A DNA stretch of 58,122 nucleotides, from positions 1 to 58,122 of the forward strand of contig JAAYYY010000081.1 of the NCBI GenBank assembly GCA_012515125.1. The letters run 5' to 3'. Each line of letters opens with the position of its first letter. Position 1 is the first letter of the stretch. This document shows positions 47,606 through 56,885 of this stretch, piece by piece. The notes under the pieces are model-generated. The model was not told the DNA's origin. It did not search any database and saw only the letters and a list, made by a program, of their open reading frames with translations. The stretch is from Chloroflexota bacterium (GTDB lineage Bacteria; Chloroflexota; Anaerolineae; Promineifilales; Promineifilaceae). The position numbers and the translations under genes were made by a program.

Positions 47606-48799
47606 ATGGAAGGACAGCAGCTGGGACCGGTGGAGAAATTGACGCTCTTTGCCGAGCATATGGCGCTGGAGCCGGATGAGGAAGGCGGCGCGCCTCCGGC
47701 CGGGCCTCTGCCGTGCGGCGCGCCTCCGGCGCCCCGGCGGGGCAAGGACGACCACCTGCCGATCACCAACGTGACGATGTCCAACGGGCGCAAGATGCCG
47801 GTGCTGAAGACGCTGCTGACCAGCGCCTGCGAGCGCAACTGCTACTATTGCCCGTTTCGCGCCGGCCGGAATTTCCAGCGGGCGACGTTCCGGCCGGAAG
47901 AGCTGGCGAACACGTTTGTGGATATGCACCGCGCCGGTCTGGTAGAAGGGATGTTTCTCAGCTCGGGCATCATTAAAGGGGGCGTTTCTACCCAGGACCG
48001 GCTGCTAGACGCCGCCGACATCCTACGCAACCGGCTGGGCTACCGGGGCTACCTGCATCTGAAACTGATGCCGGGGGCGGAGCGCGACCAGGTGGAGCGG
48101 GCGATGCAGCTTGCCAGCCGTGTCTCCACCAACCTGGAAGCGCCGACGAGCGAGCGGCTGGCCCGGCTGGCCCCGACGAAGCAGCTTGTGGAAGAGCTGC
48201 TGCAGCCGCTACGCTGGGCGGAGGAGATTCGCCGGACGCAGCTTCCGCATAAGAGCTGGAACGGGCGCTGGCCCTCGACCGTGACCCAGTTTGTCGTCGG
48301 CGCGGCGGGGGAGAGCGACCTGGAGCTGCTGACGGCGACCAGCTACCTGTACAATCGGCTGCATCTGCGGCGGGCCTATTTTTCCGGCTTTCACCCGATT
48401 GCGGACACGCCGCTGGACGGCCTGCCGCCGACCGATCCGTGGCGGGAGCACCGGCTCTATCAGGCCAGCTTCCTGCTGCGCGACTATGGCTTCGACCTGG
48501 AAGAGCTGCCCTTCACCGGCGACGGCAACCTGCCGCTGCACCACGACCCCAAGCTGGCGTGGGCGCAGCAGACGCTGATCAGCCGGCCGGTGGAGCTAAA
48601 CCGGGCGGACCGCGAGCAATTGCTGCGCGTGCCCGGTATCGGGCCGATCAGCGCCGACGCGATTCTGCGCGCGCGCCGCCAGCGCACGCTGCGCGATCTA
48701 TCAGACCTGCGCCGCCTTGGCGTCGCGACGAAGAACCTCGCGCCGTTCGTGTTGCTGAACGGGCGGAGGCCGCTGCAGCAGCTGCCGTTGTTCGCTTAG
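47606..48799 (+). CDS. Putative DNA modification/repair radical SAM protein (TIGR03916-like) with C-terminal helix-hairpin-helix
   Basis: CxxxCxxC cluster as CERNCYYCPF. C-terminal LLRVPGIGPISADAILRAR. I prefer the start at 47606; in-frame alternatives upstream are the ATG at 47597 and the ORF-track start at 47531. Confidence 0.7.
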   Translation: MEGQQLGPVEKLTLFAEHMALEPDEEGGAPPAGPLPCGAPPAPRRGKDDHLPITNVTMSNGRKMPVLKTLLTSACERNCYYCPFRAGRNFQRATFRPEELANTFVDMHRAGLVEGMFLSSGIIKGGVSTQDRLLDAADILRNRLGYRGYLHLKLMPGAERDQVERAMQLASRVSTNLEAPTSERLARLAPTKQLVEELLQPLRWAEEIRRTQLPHKSWNGRWPSTVTQFVVGAAGESDLELLTATSYLYNRLHLRRAYFSGFHPIADTPLDGLPPTDPWREHRLYQASFLLRDYGFDLEELPFTGDGNLPLHHDPKLAWAQQTLISRPVELNRADREQLLRVPGIGPISADAILRARRQRTLRDLSDLRRLGVATKNLAPFVLLNGRRPLQQLPLFA

Positions 48800-48803
48800 T
48801 GGC

Positions 48804-49985
48804 TCAGGGCTCAAAGACGGCGTTGACCGTCATCCCCCAGCGAAGGCGGGGGTCGCCGTCGTCCAGCCGGATGCGCACCGTGTAGAGCACGTCGCCGCTG
48901 CGCTCTCCGTAGACGCGGGCGATGGAGACGACCGTGCCGCGCAAGCGGAGGTCGGGCAGGGCGTCGGGGGTCACTTCTACCTCCTGGCCCGGCTCCACGA
49001 GGACTACGTCCAGCTCGGTCAGGTCGCGCGTCTCGACGATCCAGGCGGAGAAGTCGGCCAGGGTCACGACGGGCAGCCCGGCGGCGACGGTCTCGCCCGG
49101 CTGCCAGTCGTGCAGGTCGACGACGGCGCCGCCGAAGGGGGCGATCAGCCGGGCATTGTCCAGCGCCCGCTGGGCAGCGGCGACCTGGGCCGTGGCGACC
49201 TCCAGCCGGGCCTCGGCCAGCGCCAGGGCATCGGGGTCGGGGCCGTTCTCGCGTTCGTCTGCCTGCCGTTGGGCGTCGTCCAGCTGCGCGGCAGCCAGAT
49301 CGACGGCCGCGCGGGCCTGATCGAGCTGGTATTGCAGCGTATCCCGGTCGTAGACGGCGGTATTGTAGGCGCGCAGCGCGTCGTCGTAGGCGCTCTGCGC
49401 CGCTTCGCGGGTAGGATTGTCGGGGTCGAGGTCCTGGACTTCCTCCAACTCCTCTTCGGCGTCGTCTAGCGCGTTACGGGCATCGCGCACGGCGAGGTTG
49501 AGATCGTCTAGCTGCTCCTGGAAATCGTCGTTATCCAGGTCGTCGAGCGCGCGCCGGGCTTCGGTCAGGGCGACGCGGGCCTCGACAACAGCCTGCCGGG
49601 CCTGCTCGCGGGTGAGGGCGGCCGTGTCGAGCAGCTCGTCGAGGGCCTGCTCGGCGGAGAGGCGCTCCAGCCGGGCCTGGCTCAGGGCGGCTTCCAGCGG
49701 CTCCAGCTTGCTCAGGCGGGCGAGGGTATCCCCCTGGGCCACCTCGTCGCCCTCCTCCACGAGCAGATCGCCCAGCTCGCCGCCGGCGGGGAAGCTGAGC
49801 GCCGTCCAGCGTAGCGGAGCCACCCGCCCTTCGGCGCTGACCACGCCGCGCCCGGCGACGACGGGGAGCGCGGTCGGCTCTGGCGTTGCTTCCTGCCAGG
49901 GCATGGCGTCGCAGCCCCACAGAAGCAGGGAGAAGAGCAAGAGCGTCGCGATCTGAATAAGGCCTTTGTGGCGATGGATGAACAT
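48804..49985 (-). CDS. HlyD/MacA-family periplasmic adaptor
   Basis: I prefer the ATG at 49985 (AAGAGGAAACC upstream); the alternative is 50021. Signal/lipobox-like LLLWGCD, a long Ala/Glu/Leu/Arg coiled-coil hairpin, and a C-terminal beta-barrel. Confidence 0.8.
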   Translation of the reverse strand: MFIHRHKGLIQIATLLLFSLLLWGCDAMPWQEATPEPTALPVVAGRGVVSAEGRVAPLRWTALSFPAGGELGDLLVEEGDEVAQGDTLARLSKLEPLEAALSQARLERLSAEQALDELLDTAALTREQARQAVVEARVALTEARRALDDLDNDDFQEQLDDLNLAVRDARNALDDAEEELEEVQDLDPDNPTREAAQSAYDDALRAYNTAVYDRDTLQYQLDQARAAVDLAAAQLDDAQRQADERENGPDPDALALAEARLEVATAQVAAAQRALDNARLIAPFGGAVVDLHDWQPGETVAAGLPVVTLADFSAWIVETRDLTELDVVLVEPGQEVEVTPDALPDLRLRGTVVSIARVYGERSGDVLYTVRIRLDDGDPRLRWGMTVNAVFEP

Positions 49986-50013
49986 GGTTTCCTCTTGATT
50001 ACGTACAGGCGGC

Positions 50014-52425
50014 TCACTCATAGGCCAGCACCTCGCGCACGGTGAGCCGGGAGGCGTTATAGGAGGGGACGACGCTGGCCAGGACGGAGAGCAGCAGAAC
50101 CAGCCCCAGCCAGATCAGGTTGCCCAGGGCAGTAAAGTCGAGGGTGGCGTTGCGGTCGAAGATGATCTGGAACATGGCGTCGGCGAGCTGCTTGCTGAGA
50201 GCCAGCCCGACGACGCTGGAGAGCAGCCAGGAGATGAAGCCGATGAGCACGCCCTCCAGCAGAACGATGGCGACGATGGAGCGGTTGGCGGCGCCGATGG
50301 CGCGCATGACGCCGATCTCGCGGGTGCGCTCCATGACGTTGAGGCTCATCGTGCCCATCAGGCCGATGCTGCCCACCGAGGCCATGAGGAAGGACATGAT
50401 CAGCAGGAAGGTGGTGAGGATGTTGAGCCCTTCGGAGCTTTTTTGCTGCAGGGAGCGCCCGGCACTGATGTCGTTGATTTCGTAGCCCAGCGCAGTGAGT
50501 CGCGCTTCGATCTGGCGGCCCAGCGCCTCCTGCTGGGCGAGGGTGAGATCCTGGTCCTCGGACATGATCCGGTAGGAGGCGGAGCGGCCATACATACTGG
50601 TCTCGCGGGCCAGGGCGTCGTAATTGGTATAGGCGATCGGCCCGCCGGTGCGCCCGCTGAACTGGAAGAAGCCGACGATGACCCAATCGGTTTCTTTGAG
50701 GCCGATGCGCAAGCGAATGGCGTCGCCGACCTGCAGCTCGGGATAGATTTCCTGGAACAGCTCGCTGAGGGTGATGGCGTTCTGGTCGGCCGGCAGCAGC
50801 CAGCGGCCTTCGAGCAGGATCGGCTCGATCAGCGTACTGTCGGGCGGCGGGGCGAGGAGCTGGAGGGTTTCGCCGGCCCGGCCGTCATCGACGACGACGC
50901 TGGCAAGGGCGCCGGCCCAGCCCTCGGCCAGGGCGACGCCGGGTATCTGCAGCAGGTCGCCGGTGACGCGCTCCAGGCGATAAGGCTGGTTGAGGGTCAG
51001 GTTCACGTCGGCGAGCACGTAGCGCCCGAGGCGATCCACGTAGGCTTCGATAGAGTGGCGCACGTTGAAGGTGGCGATGAAGATCGCACCGCCGAGGGTC
51101 AGCGTCAGCAGGGTGAGGGCCAGACGGCCCCGGCGGCGCAACGTGTTGCGCAGGGAGATGAGGACGGGGCGGGGAAGGCCGCGAATTCGGGCCAGCAGGC
51201 GATAGAGACGGCCGGCGTCCTCGACCTGCGCCGAGGTTTCGCCGCTGAGGGCTTCGCGCACCGAGATGCGCGTGCCCTGCAGGATGGGGACGCTGCCGGC
51301 AAGCTGGGGGACGAGGAGGGCGACGGCGGCCTGAATAATGAAGGCAAGCGGGACAACCCGGTATTCCTGGATACGAAAGTTGACCTCCGCCGACAAGTAG
51401 CTGAGCATGGCCCACGCCGCCTGGACGGAGAGGGGCATGGCGACCAGCAGGGCGATCAGGCTGAAGACGAGGACGAGGATCATGTAGAGGCCGATAATCT
51501 GCCCGCGACTGGCGCCCAGGGTCTTCATGACGCCGATCTGCTCGACCTGCTGGTTGAGCAGGGCGGAGAAGGTGTTGGTGATCAGAAAGGCGCTGAGGAA
51601 GACGACGAGAAAGCCGAGCAGGAAGATGACGGCGACGACGGCGTCGACGTAGACGACGTTGGGGTGCTCCTGGCTCATGCGGGCCACCGAGCCGCTTGTC
51701 TCGTAGCCGTTGCGGTGGAACTCGTCGAGCACGGCGTCGGCGACGGCACGGATGGCGGCACGGTCGTTGCGCCCTTCGCGGACGGTGGCGTAGAGTGTGT
51801 TGTAGCCCCCGGGCTGCTCCAGCCAGGGGAGTGAATCGACGGTGACGTAGCCCTGGATGCCGGCAAGAAAGAAGCTGCCGTCGCCGCCGGTGGCGCCAAT
51901 GGTCTGGTCGTGGACGATGGCGGCAAGGCGCATGTGACGGATGGTGCCGGAGGGCAGCTTGACGACAAGCTCGTCGCCCAGGGCCGCCCCGGTTTCGTCT
52001 GCCCGGTTCACGTCGAGGGCGATTTCTCTATCGGCCAGGGGCCAGGCGCCTTCGACAAGGATGGGCCGGCCGATGGGGGTCGCGCCGCCGGCGTCGAAGT
52101 CCTGGGCTTTCACGGCGATAGGCCGCCACTCACCGGAGGCTGTGCGGACCTGCAGGCTGGTGATCCAGGCGCCTTCGGCGGCGGCAATCGGGGGCATGCG
52201 GCGAATGTGCTCGACAAACTCGTCGTCGAAGAGGGCGGCGTTGATCTGGACGTTGGCCGGGTTGATCGCCTCGTAGCTGGCGCGGATGTCTTCGGCGAGG
52301 ATGACGTAGACGGTGGTGATCATGCCGATGGCAAAGAGGCCGACGGCGATAGAGGCGATGACCAGCAGGGAGCGAATCCGGTGGCTGGTAAGATCGCTGA
52401 AGACTTTGTGCCAGCGCGGGCGCAT
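50014..52425 (-). CDS. FtsX/MacB-type ABC permease with duplicated FtsX domains
   Basis: 803 aa. Two repeats, each of one TM, a large extracytoplasmic domain and three TM helices. The start overlaps the upstream ATPase stop (TAATG). Confidence 0.85.
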   Translation of the reverse strand: MRPRWHKVFSDLTSHRIRSLLVIASIAVGLFAIGMITTVYVILAEDIRASYEAINPANVQINAALFDDEFVEHIRRMPPIAAAEGAWITSLQVRTASGEWRPIAVKAQDFDAGGATPIGRPILVEGAWPLADREIALDVNRADETGAALGDELVVKLPSGTIRHMRLAAIVHDQTIGATGGDGSFFLAGIQGYVTVDSLPWLEQPGGYNTLYATVREGRNDRAAIRAVADAVLDEFHRNGYETSGSVARMSQEHPNVVYVDAVVAVIFLLGFLVVFLSAFLITNTFSALLNQQVEQIGVMKTLGASRGQIIGLYMILVLVFSLIALLVAMPLSVQAAWAMLSYLSAEVNFRIQEYRVVPLAFIIQAAVALLVPQLAGSVPILQGTRISVREALSGETSAQVEDAGRLYRLLARIRGLPRPVLISLRNTLRRRGRLALTLLTLTLGGAIFIATFNVRHSIEAYVDRLGRYVLADVNLTLNQPYRLERVTGDLLQIPGVALAEGWAGALASVVVDDGRAGETLQLLAPPPDSTLIEPILLEGRWLLPADQNAITLSELFQEIYPELQVGDAIRLRIGLKETDWVIVGFFQFSGRTGGPIAYTNYDALARETSMYGRSASYRIMSEDQDLTLAQQEALGRQIEARLTALGYEINDISAGRSLQQKSSEGLNILTTFLLIMSFLMASVGSIGLMGTMSLNVMERTREIGVMRAIGAANRSIVAIVLLEGVLIGFISWLLSSVVGLALSKQLADAMFQIIFDRNATLDFTALGNLIWLGLVLLLSVLASVVPSYNASRLTVREVLAYE

Positions 52426-53522
52426 TATTCCGACCTCCGCCGGCGGAAGAGGCCCGGCCGGGGAGCAGGCTGGGCGGCGCGCTGGCAGGGGAAGGGCGCC
52501 GGGCGGGCGGTGTTGGCGAGCAGCGGCAGAAGGCCGTCCTGCGGCAGGGCGAGAAGGGCGGCCCCCTGCCGGCCGGCGCGCACGTCACAGTCGACGGAGA
52601 GGGGGTCGATGAGGCTGCTGCCGGTGAGCTGCACCGTCTCGCCGTTGTTCAGGAGCAGGTCGCCCTGGGTGAGCAGATAGACGACGTCCGGCCGCTCTTC
52701 GGCGCGGGGGAGCGGCGCGCCGGGCGCAAGCTGCACAGGGGCGGCCCGCTTGCTGAGCGCGAGCAGGGGGGTATGCGGCGCGTCGGGGAAGGCCGCCGTC
52801 AGCGCCTCGTTGACCAGCTCGCCGTCGGAGATGAGCAGGGTGCGATGGGTGCGCCGGACCAGCGAGCGGTCGTGGGTGACGAGGAGGATCGTCTTGCCCT
52901 GGGTCAACAGCTCTTCAAAGATATGCATCACCTGTTCGGCGGTTTGCGTGTCGAGGTTGCCGGTCGGCTCGTCGGCAATGAGAATGGGCGGGTCGTTAGC
53001 CAGGGCGCGGGCGACGGCGGCGCTCTGCTGCTGGCCGCCGGCGACGGCCCCCGGCAGCTTGTGGGCCAGGCCCTCGAGCCCGACGCGCCGGAGCAGGGCC
53101 ATGGCGCGATCCTGCCGCTCGGCCGGGGGGTAGATGTTGCAGAAGTCCATCGGCAGCATCACGTTTTCGACGAGGGTGAGCATGGGCAGGAGCTGGAAGA
53201 ACTGGAAGACGATGCCCAGGTTGCGGCCCCGCCAGACGGCCATCCGGCTTTCCGGCATCTGGTGGACGGGCTGGCCGCCGACCTCGACGGCGCCGGCCGA
53301 GGGGCGGTCGATGCCGGTGATCATGTTGACGAGCGTGGATTTGCCGCTGCCCGAACGGCCGACGATCCCGACGAACTCGCCCTGGTGGATGTCGACGTCG
53401 ATCCCTTTGAGCACGGTGGCCTGGCCGGCCGCCGTCTCGAAGGTTTTTTCGATGCCCTTCATGCGGATAATGGGGCTGCCGGGCGTGGTGTAGCGGACGG
53501 GGGTTTCAAAACGTTCAGCCAT
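52425..53522 (-). CDS. ABC ATP-binding protein with a ~130-aa C-terminal extension of unclear fold (possibly a cNMP-binding-like/cupin barrel)
   Basis: I prefer the ATG at 53522 (ATGGCTGA overlap with the upstream gene). Walker [10 protein letters not shown], degenerate signature [15 protein letters not shown], Walker [13 protein letters not shown]. The tail ...[29 protein letters not shown]...[14 protein letters not shown] follows the NBD. Confidence 0.8.
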   Translation of the reverse strand: MAERFETPVRYTTPGSPIIRMKGIEKTFETAAGQATVLKGIDVDIHQGEFVGIVGRSGSGKSTLVNMITGIDRPSAGAVEVGGQPVHQMPESRMAVWRGRNLGIVFQFFQLLPMLTLVENVMLPMDFCNIYPPAERQDRAMALLRRVGLEGLAHKLPGAVAGGQQQSAAVARALANDPPILIADEPTGNLDTQTAEQVMHIFEELLTQGKTILLVTHDRSLVRRTHRTLLISDGELVNEALTAAFPDAPHTPLLALSKRAAPVQLAPGAPLPRAEERPDVVYLLTQGDLLLNNGETVQLTGSSLIDPLSVDCDVRAGRQGAALLALPQDGLLPLLANTARPAPFPCQRAAQPAPRPGLFRRRRSE

Positions 53523-54246
53523 GGCGCGCTCGCAGCCGGCCGTCTTCAATCTCCAGGGTGCGGGAGACGCGCGTCGCCAGCCCCCGGTCGTGCGTGACCA
53601 TGACGATGGTCTTGCCCTGGCGAACCAGCTCCTCGAAGATGGCGAAGATCGCTTCGGCGGTGACGGAGTCGAGGCGGCCGGTCGGCTCGTCGGCGGCGAT
53701 GATGGGCGGGTCGTTAGCCAGAGCGCGGGCGATGGCGACGCGCTGCTGCTGGCCGCCGGAGATCTCGGCCGGCAACTTGCGGGCGTGCTCTTCCAAGCCG
53801 ACCTGGCGCAGCAGCTCCAGGGCGCGCTCGCGGCTCTGCTGCCGGCGATAGAGGCCGGTGAAGTCCATCGGCAGGAGCACGTTGTCGAGCAGAGAGAGGC
53901 CGGGCAGGAGGTGGAAGGACTGGTAGATGACGCCCATGTTCTCGCCGCGCCACTGGGAGAGGCTGCTTTCGCTGAGGCGATTGAGGTGGACGTCGCCGAC
54001 GAGCACTTCGCCCCGGGTGGCGTGATCGGCGCCGGTGATCATATTGATCAGGGTGGTCTTGCCGGCGCCGGATTTGCCGAGCACGGCGACAAACTCACCG
54101 GGCCAGATGGCGACGCTGACGTCATGCAGGGCGGGGAATGGGCCGGCGGGCGTTTCGTAATCTTTCGATACGTTGTCCAGATGGATGAGCGGCGCGGCGC
54201 TCCCCGCCGGCGGCGAATTGGCGTCTCGTTGCTGGGCTGTAATCAT
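53515..54246 (-). CDS. ABC ATP-binding protein (MacB/LolD-like NBD)
   Basis: ATG at 54246 (MITAQQRD). Walker [10 protein letters not shown], signature [15 protein letters not shown], Walker [13 protein letters not shown]. The 436-aa ORF-track version runs through the divergent promoter region and into tetR, so I reject it. Confidence 0.85.
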   Translation of the reverse strand: MITAQQRDANSPPAGSAAPLIHLDNVSKDYETPAGPFPALHDVSVAIWPGEFVAVLGKSGAGKTTLINMITGADHATRGEVLVGDVHLNRLSESSLSQWRGENMGVIYQSFHLLPGLSLLDNVLLPMDFTGLYRRQQSRERALELLRQVGLEEHARKLPAEISGGQQQRVAIARALANDPPIIAADEPTGRLDSVTAEAIFAIFEELVRQGKTIVMVTHDRGLATRVSRTLEIEDGRLRARHG

Positions 54247-54286
54247 AGGTCTTCGTCCATAAAACGCAGAAATGGCTCTCGCTTTA

Positions 54287-54320
54287 TGAACAGGTTGTCG
54301 TAAAATAAACAGACTGTTCA
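54287..54320. promoter_or_regulatory. Inverted repeat in the exporter/tetR divergent region (TetR operator candidate)
   Basis: TGAACAG (54287-54293) and CTGTTCA (54314-54320). The extended imperfect arms are AACAGGTTGT ... ACAGACTGTT. Confidence 0.4.
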
Positions 54321-54405
54321 ATCGGAACCGCCTGATTATAGAGTTGCGCGCGCTTCTGTCAATAGTTCGGTATGATCGGGAGGCGACCTTATTCAGGAGA
54401 TTATC

Positions 54406-55023
54406 ATGAACGACCGGGACAGCAGGAAAGACCGGCGGGTAAACCGGACGCGCCGCCAGCTTCGCGACGCACTGATGGAGCTGATTCTGGAGCGGGGGTA
54501 TAACGCCGTCACCATCGAGGATATCACCGAGCGGGCCGACCTGGGGCGGACGACCTTTTACCTGCACTTCCGGGACAAGGAAGAGCTGCTGGTGGAGAGC
54601 CTGGAAGCGATCGCCGAAGAGCTGAAAGCGCAGGTGGCGCAGCTGACGGAGCGGGAAGGGGCGGAGGGCGAAGCGTGGTTCAACCCGGTGGCTATCGCCT
54701 TCCATCACGTGGAGGAGAACCGGGATCTGTACCGGATCATCTTGCAGGGGGAAGGGAGCAACAAGGCGGCGAGCCGGGTGCGCGAGATCATCGAGGAGGC
54801 GGCGCCGGAGCTGTTCGAGCGGCACATGGGCGGGCGCGCAGGCGGTGCGCCAGACGTGCCGGGGGAGCTGGCGGCGGGCTACTTTGCCGCCGCGCTGATG
54901 GGCTTCATCATGCTCTGGCTGGAAAAGGAGCTGCCGTACAGCGGGGAGGAAGCGGCCGAGCTGTTTCTGAAGCTGTTCTTCGAGGGGGCGGCGGGGGCGC
55001 TGAAGCTGGGGGGGCGGGAGTAG
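54406..55023 (+). CDS. TetR-family transcriptional regulator
   Basis: 205 aa. [50 protein letters not shown]. Confidence 0.9.
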   Translation: MNDRDSRKDRRVNRTRRQLRDALMELILERGYNAVTIEDITERADLGRTTFYLHFRDKEELLVESLEAIAEELKAQVAQLTEREGAEGEAWFNPVAIAFHHVEENRDLYRIILQGEGSNKAASRVREIIEEAAPELFERHMGGRAGGAPDVPGELAAGYFAAALMGFIMLWLEKELPYSGEEAAELFLKLFFEGAAGALKLGGRE

Positions 55024-55114
55024 AGTCGTTTCCTAGGCCGGCGGCGCGGACCGGATTCTCTATGCAAGGTGCCTAACGTCCTACATCAAAGAGCCAGATA
55101 ACACTAAATTCCCC

Positions 55115-56718
55115 TTAAGTCGCGGGCCCGTCGCCCTCCTGCTCCTCGAATTGCTTGAGCTTGCTGGCATCAAACTCCAGGTAATCTACCACCTGTCGTG
55201 TAACGCCGATGTTGTGTTCGATTAATAGCGCCAGCAGTTTATCGCCGTCAATTAAGGTAATAGGAGCCGCACCACGCTCAAAAGCAGCCACCTGAGTGCC
55301 GCGACTGAATCCACCAGTGGTAACAATCGTACCACGGACGGCATTAAAGCGGTGAAGAGAGCCCCGCAGTTCATCGAGCACACGGCGACCAACGTTGCCA
55401 CGCCGCCGTTTCACCTGTACGACCTCGCGCACACTGCTGATGCCGAGATCTATCTCTGCGACCACATCGACGCCCTTGTCGTTTACAGGAGAGGTCGTTT
55501 CTACATCCCGATAACCCATCTCTTCCAAAAGGAACTTCACCAACTGCTCAAATTTATACGGATCCATCTCTTCGAGATAAGCTGCGAGCTGTTGCCGTGT
55601 TTCCTCGCGGATTTCCTGCGCTAAGCGGCGCAGCTCAGCGCGCTTATCAAGAGACCCGACAGGCTGGCCGGGCACAAGCTGTGCATAACGTTCTAAATAA
55701 GCCAAGCCCGCCTCGGTGACTTCGTATACCTGTCCCCTTCGCGCAATGAAATCACGGGCAATCAGGTTCGTCAGGCGGTCGTAGAGGGAACCCTTTATTG
55801 GTGTATCGCTCTGATAGCCAGTATAGGTATGGCAAAACTCAGTGTACGCCGGGAGGAAATCACTACGCCGTCCAGGTCCTCTTTCGGCAACAAGTCGCAG
55901 GATTGTGAGTATGCCCTCATAGCTATCGATTTCGGCAGTAGTGGCACCACTAACGTCCTCAAGAAATTCTTTACCTCTCGTCGTGATGCGCAAGATGCCT
56001 TCCTCATCTTCACTCAATAGTTGGTGTTTGGTTGTCAGATACCAGCTTCCGCGCAGATGACGCGGATTCAGCTCGTGATTTGATTCCTTCCAGACACGTA
56101 ACGCCAACTTGGCTTCATCGCCGGTCAGGCGGCGCGATATCCATTCATCGGGATTCCTCCAGTCAACTTGCTCTTGAGGGTTTCCGCGGTGCTCGTATAT
56201 CTCACTAGAAGTGCGGCGGAATAGGGTATAAGGCACTCCATTCATAATGCGCAAGAAGTGGCAGGCATTAGCATAAACCGGCAAGCTGGGCGTCAGCGAC
56301 CGTGTTTCCGCGAGTTCGCTTTCGTCTCGGTCTCCAATGGAGACTGCCTCATCGGCTGTAATCTGTGATTGGCTGCTTGCCCGTATCTGACTATCCATCA
56401 GGCGCACGGTCCGTTTCACTTCTATTGGATCCAGTGTAGCGGTCGATTTGCCCTCGCTTGTGAGGCCCCACAAACCTCGACCGACATTCGCTAATAGGCC
56501 GTATTTCCTGAGATAAGTACACGTCCAGGCCAAGCGATACTGACTTCGCTCGTGCTGCTTTTTCCAGGGGCATGCAGAATGGCAAGCTGCGCTGGGGCCA
56601 ACCCCATCACGTCGGCAACCTCATGAACCATTTCGTCCAAAGTTGCAGTCCCGCCAAGATTGCGTAACGCCTGTAATAGCGGATTCATCATCTGGTCAAA
56701 GCGGGGAATATCTGTCAT
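55115..56718 (-). pseudogene. Long Mrr-like type IV restriction endonuclease, interrupted by one frameshift (or a sequencing error)
   Basis: The N-terminal ORF (56718-56491) has an Mrr_N-type start MTDIPRFDQMMNPLLQALRNLGG. The main ORF (56533-55115) continues in another frame with (YR)LAWTCTYLRKYGLLANVGRGLWGLTSEG. It ends in a PD-(D/E)xK Mrr catalytic domain: KFEQLVKFLLEEMGY...NDKGVDVVAE...EVVQVKRRR. The region is visibly AT-richer than its flanks. Confidence 0.7.
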
Positions 56719-56872
56719 TTGCTACGCTCCTGTCCTGCTATGGCACAGAAGATTCCGCCATTAACTGGCTACCTGCTCCGCCGGGCCCCTTGAAGAACTT
56801 CCTACACCTCATTTTACCAGACATCAGCTTACCATAAAAACTCCCCGTTTACGTCCTGCTACTATTTGGGCT

Positions 56873-56878
56873 TATAAT
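56873..56878 (+). promoter_or_regulatory. -10 box (TATAAT) placed 7 nt before an ATG (leaderless-type arrangement)
   Basis: TATAATgctcgttATG. TTTACG lies 19 nt upstream. Confidence 0.35.
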
Positions 56879-56885
56879 GCTCGTT

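Noticed and set aside
11954-51834. Many very long ORFs antisense to, or out of frame with, recognised genes. Examples: 11954-13435(+), 14594-15958(-), 16531-17889(-), 21731-23320(-), 23773-25602(-), 26150-27601(-), 32956-34386(-), 42053-44080(-) and 50443-51834(+).
   Set aside because: Each lies entirely within a gene whose translation carries strong family motifs on the other strand or frame. Their products are Arg/Gly/His/Asp/Pro-rich low-complexity strings with no motifs. Stop-poor alternative frames are expected in DNA of this GC content.
53515-54825. The 436-aa version of the second ATPase ORF. Similar upstream-extended ORF-track starts occur at 21764, 27733, 39689, 40593, 41411 and 47531.
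   Set aside because: The extensions overlap the preceding gene, or the divergent tetR gene and promoter. They encode motif-free sequence. Internal ATGs with Shine-Dalgarno sequences or ATGA-type coupling give proteins of canonical length.
55076-56857. ACGTCCT on both sides of the AT-rich Mrr islet (55076-55082 and 56851-56857) as a possible target-site duplication.
   Set aside because: A 7-mer shared between two ~100-150-nt flanks is expected by chance about as often as not. No inverted repeats or integrase gene accompany it.
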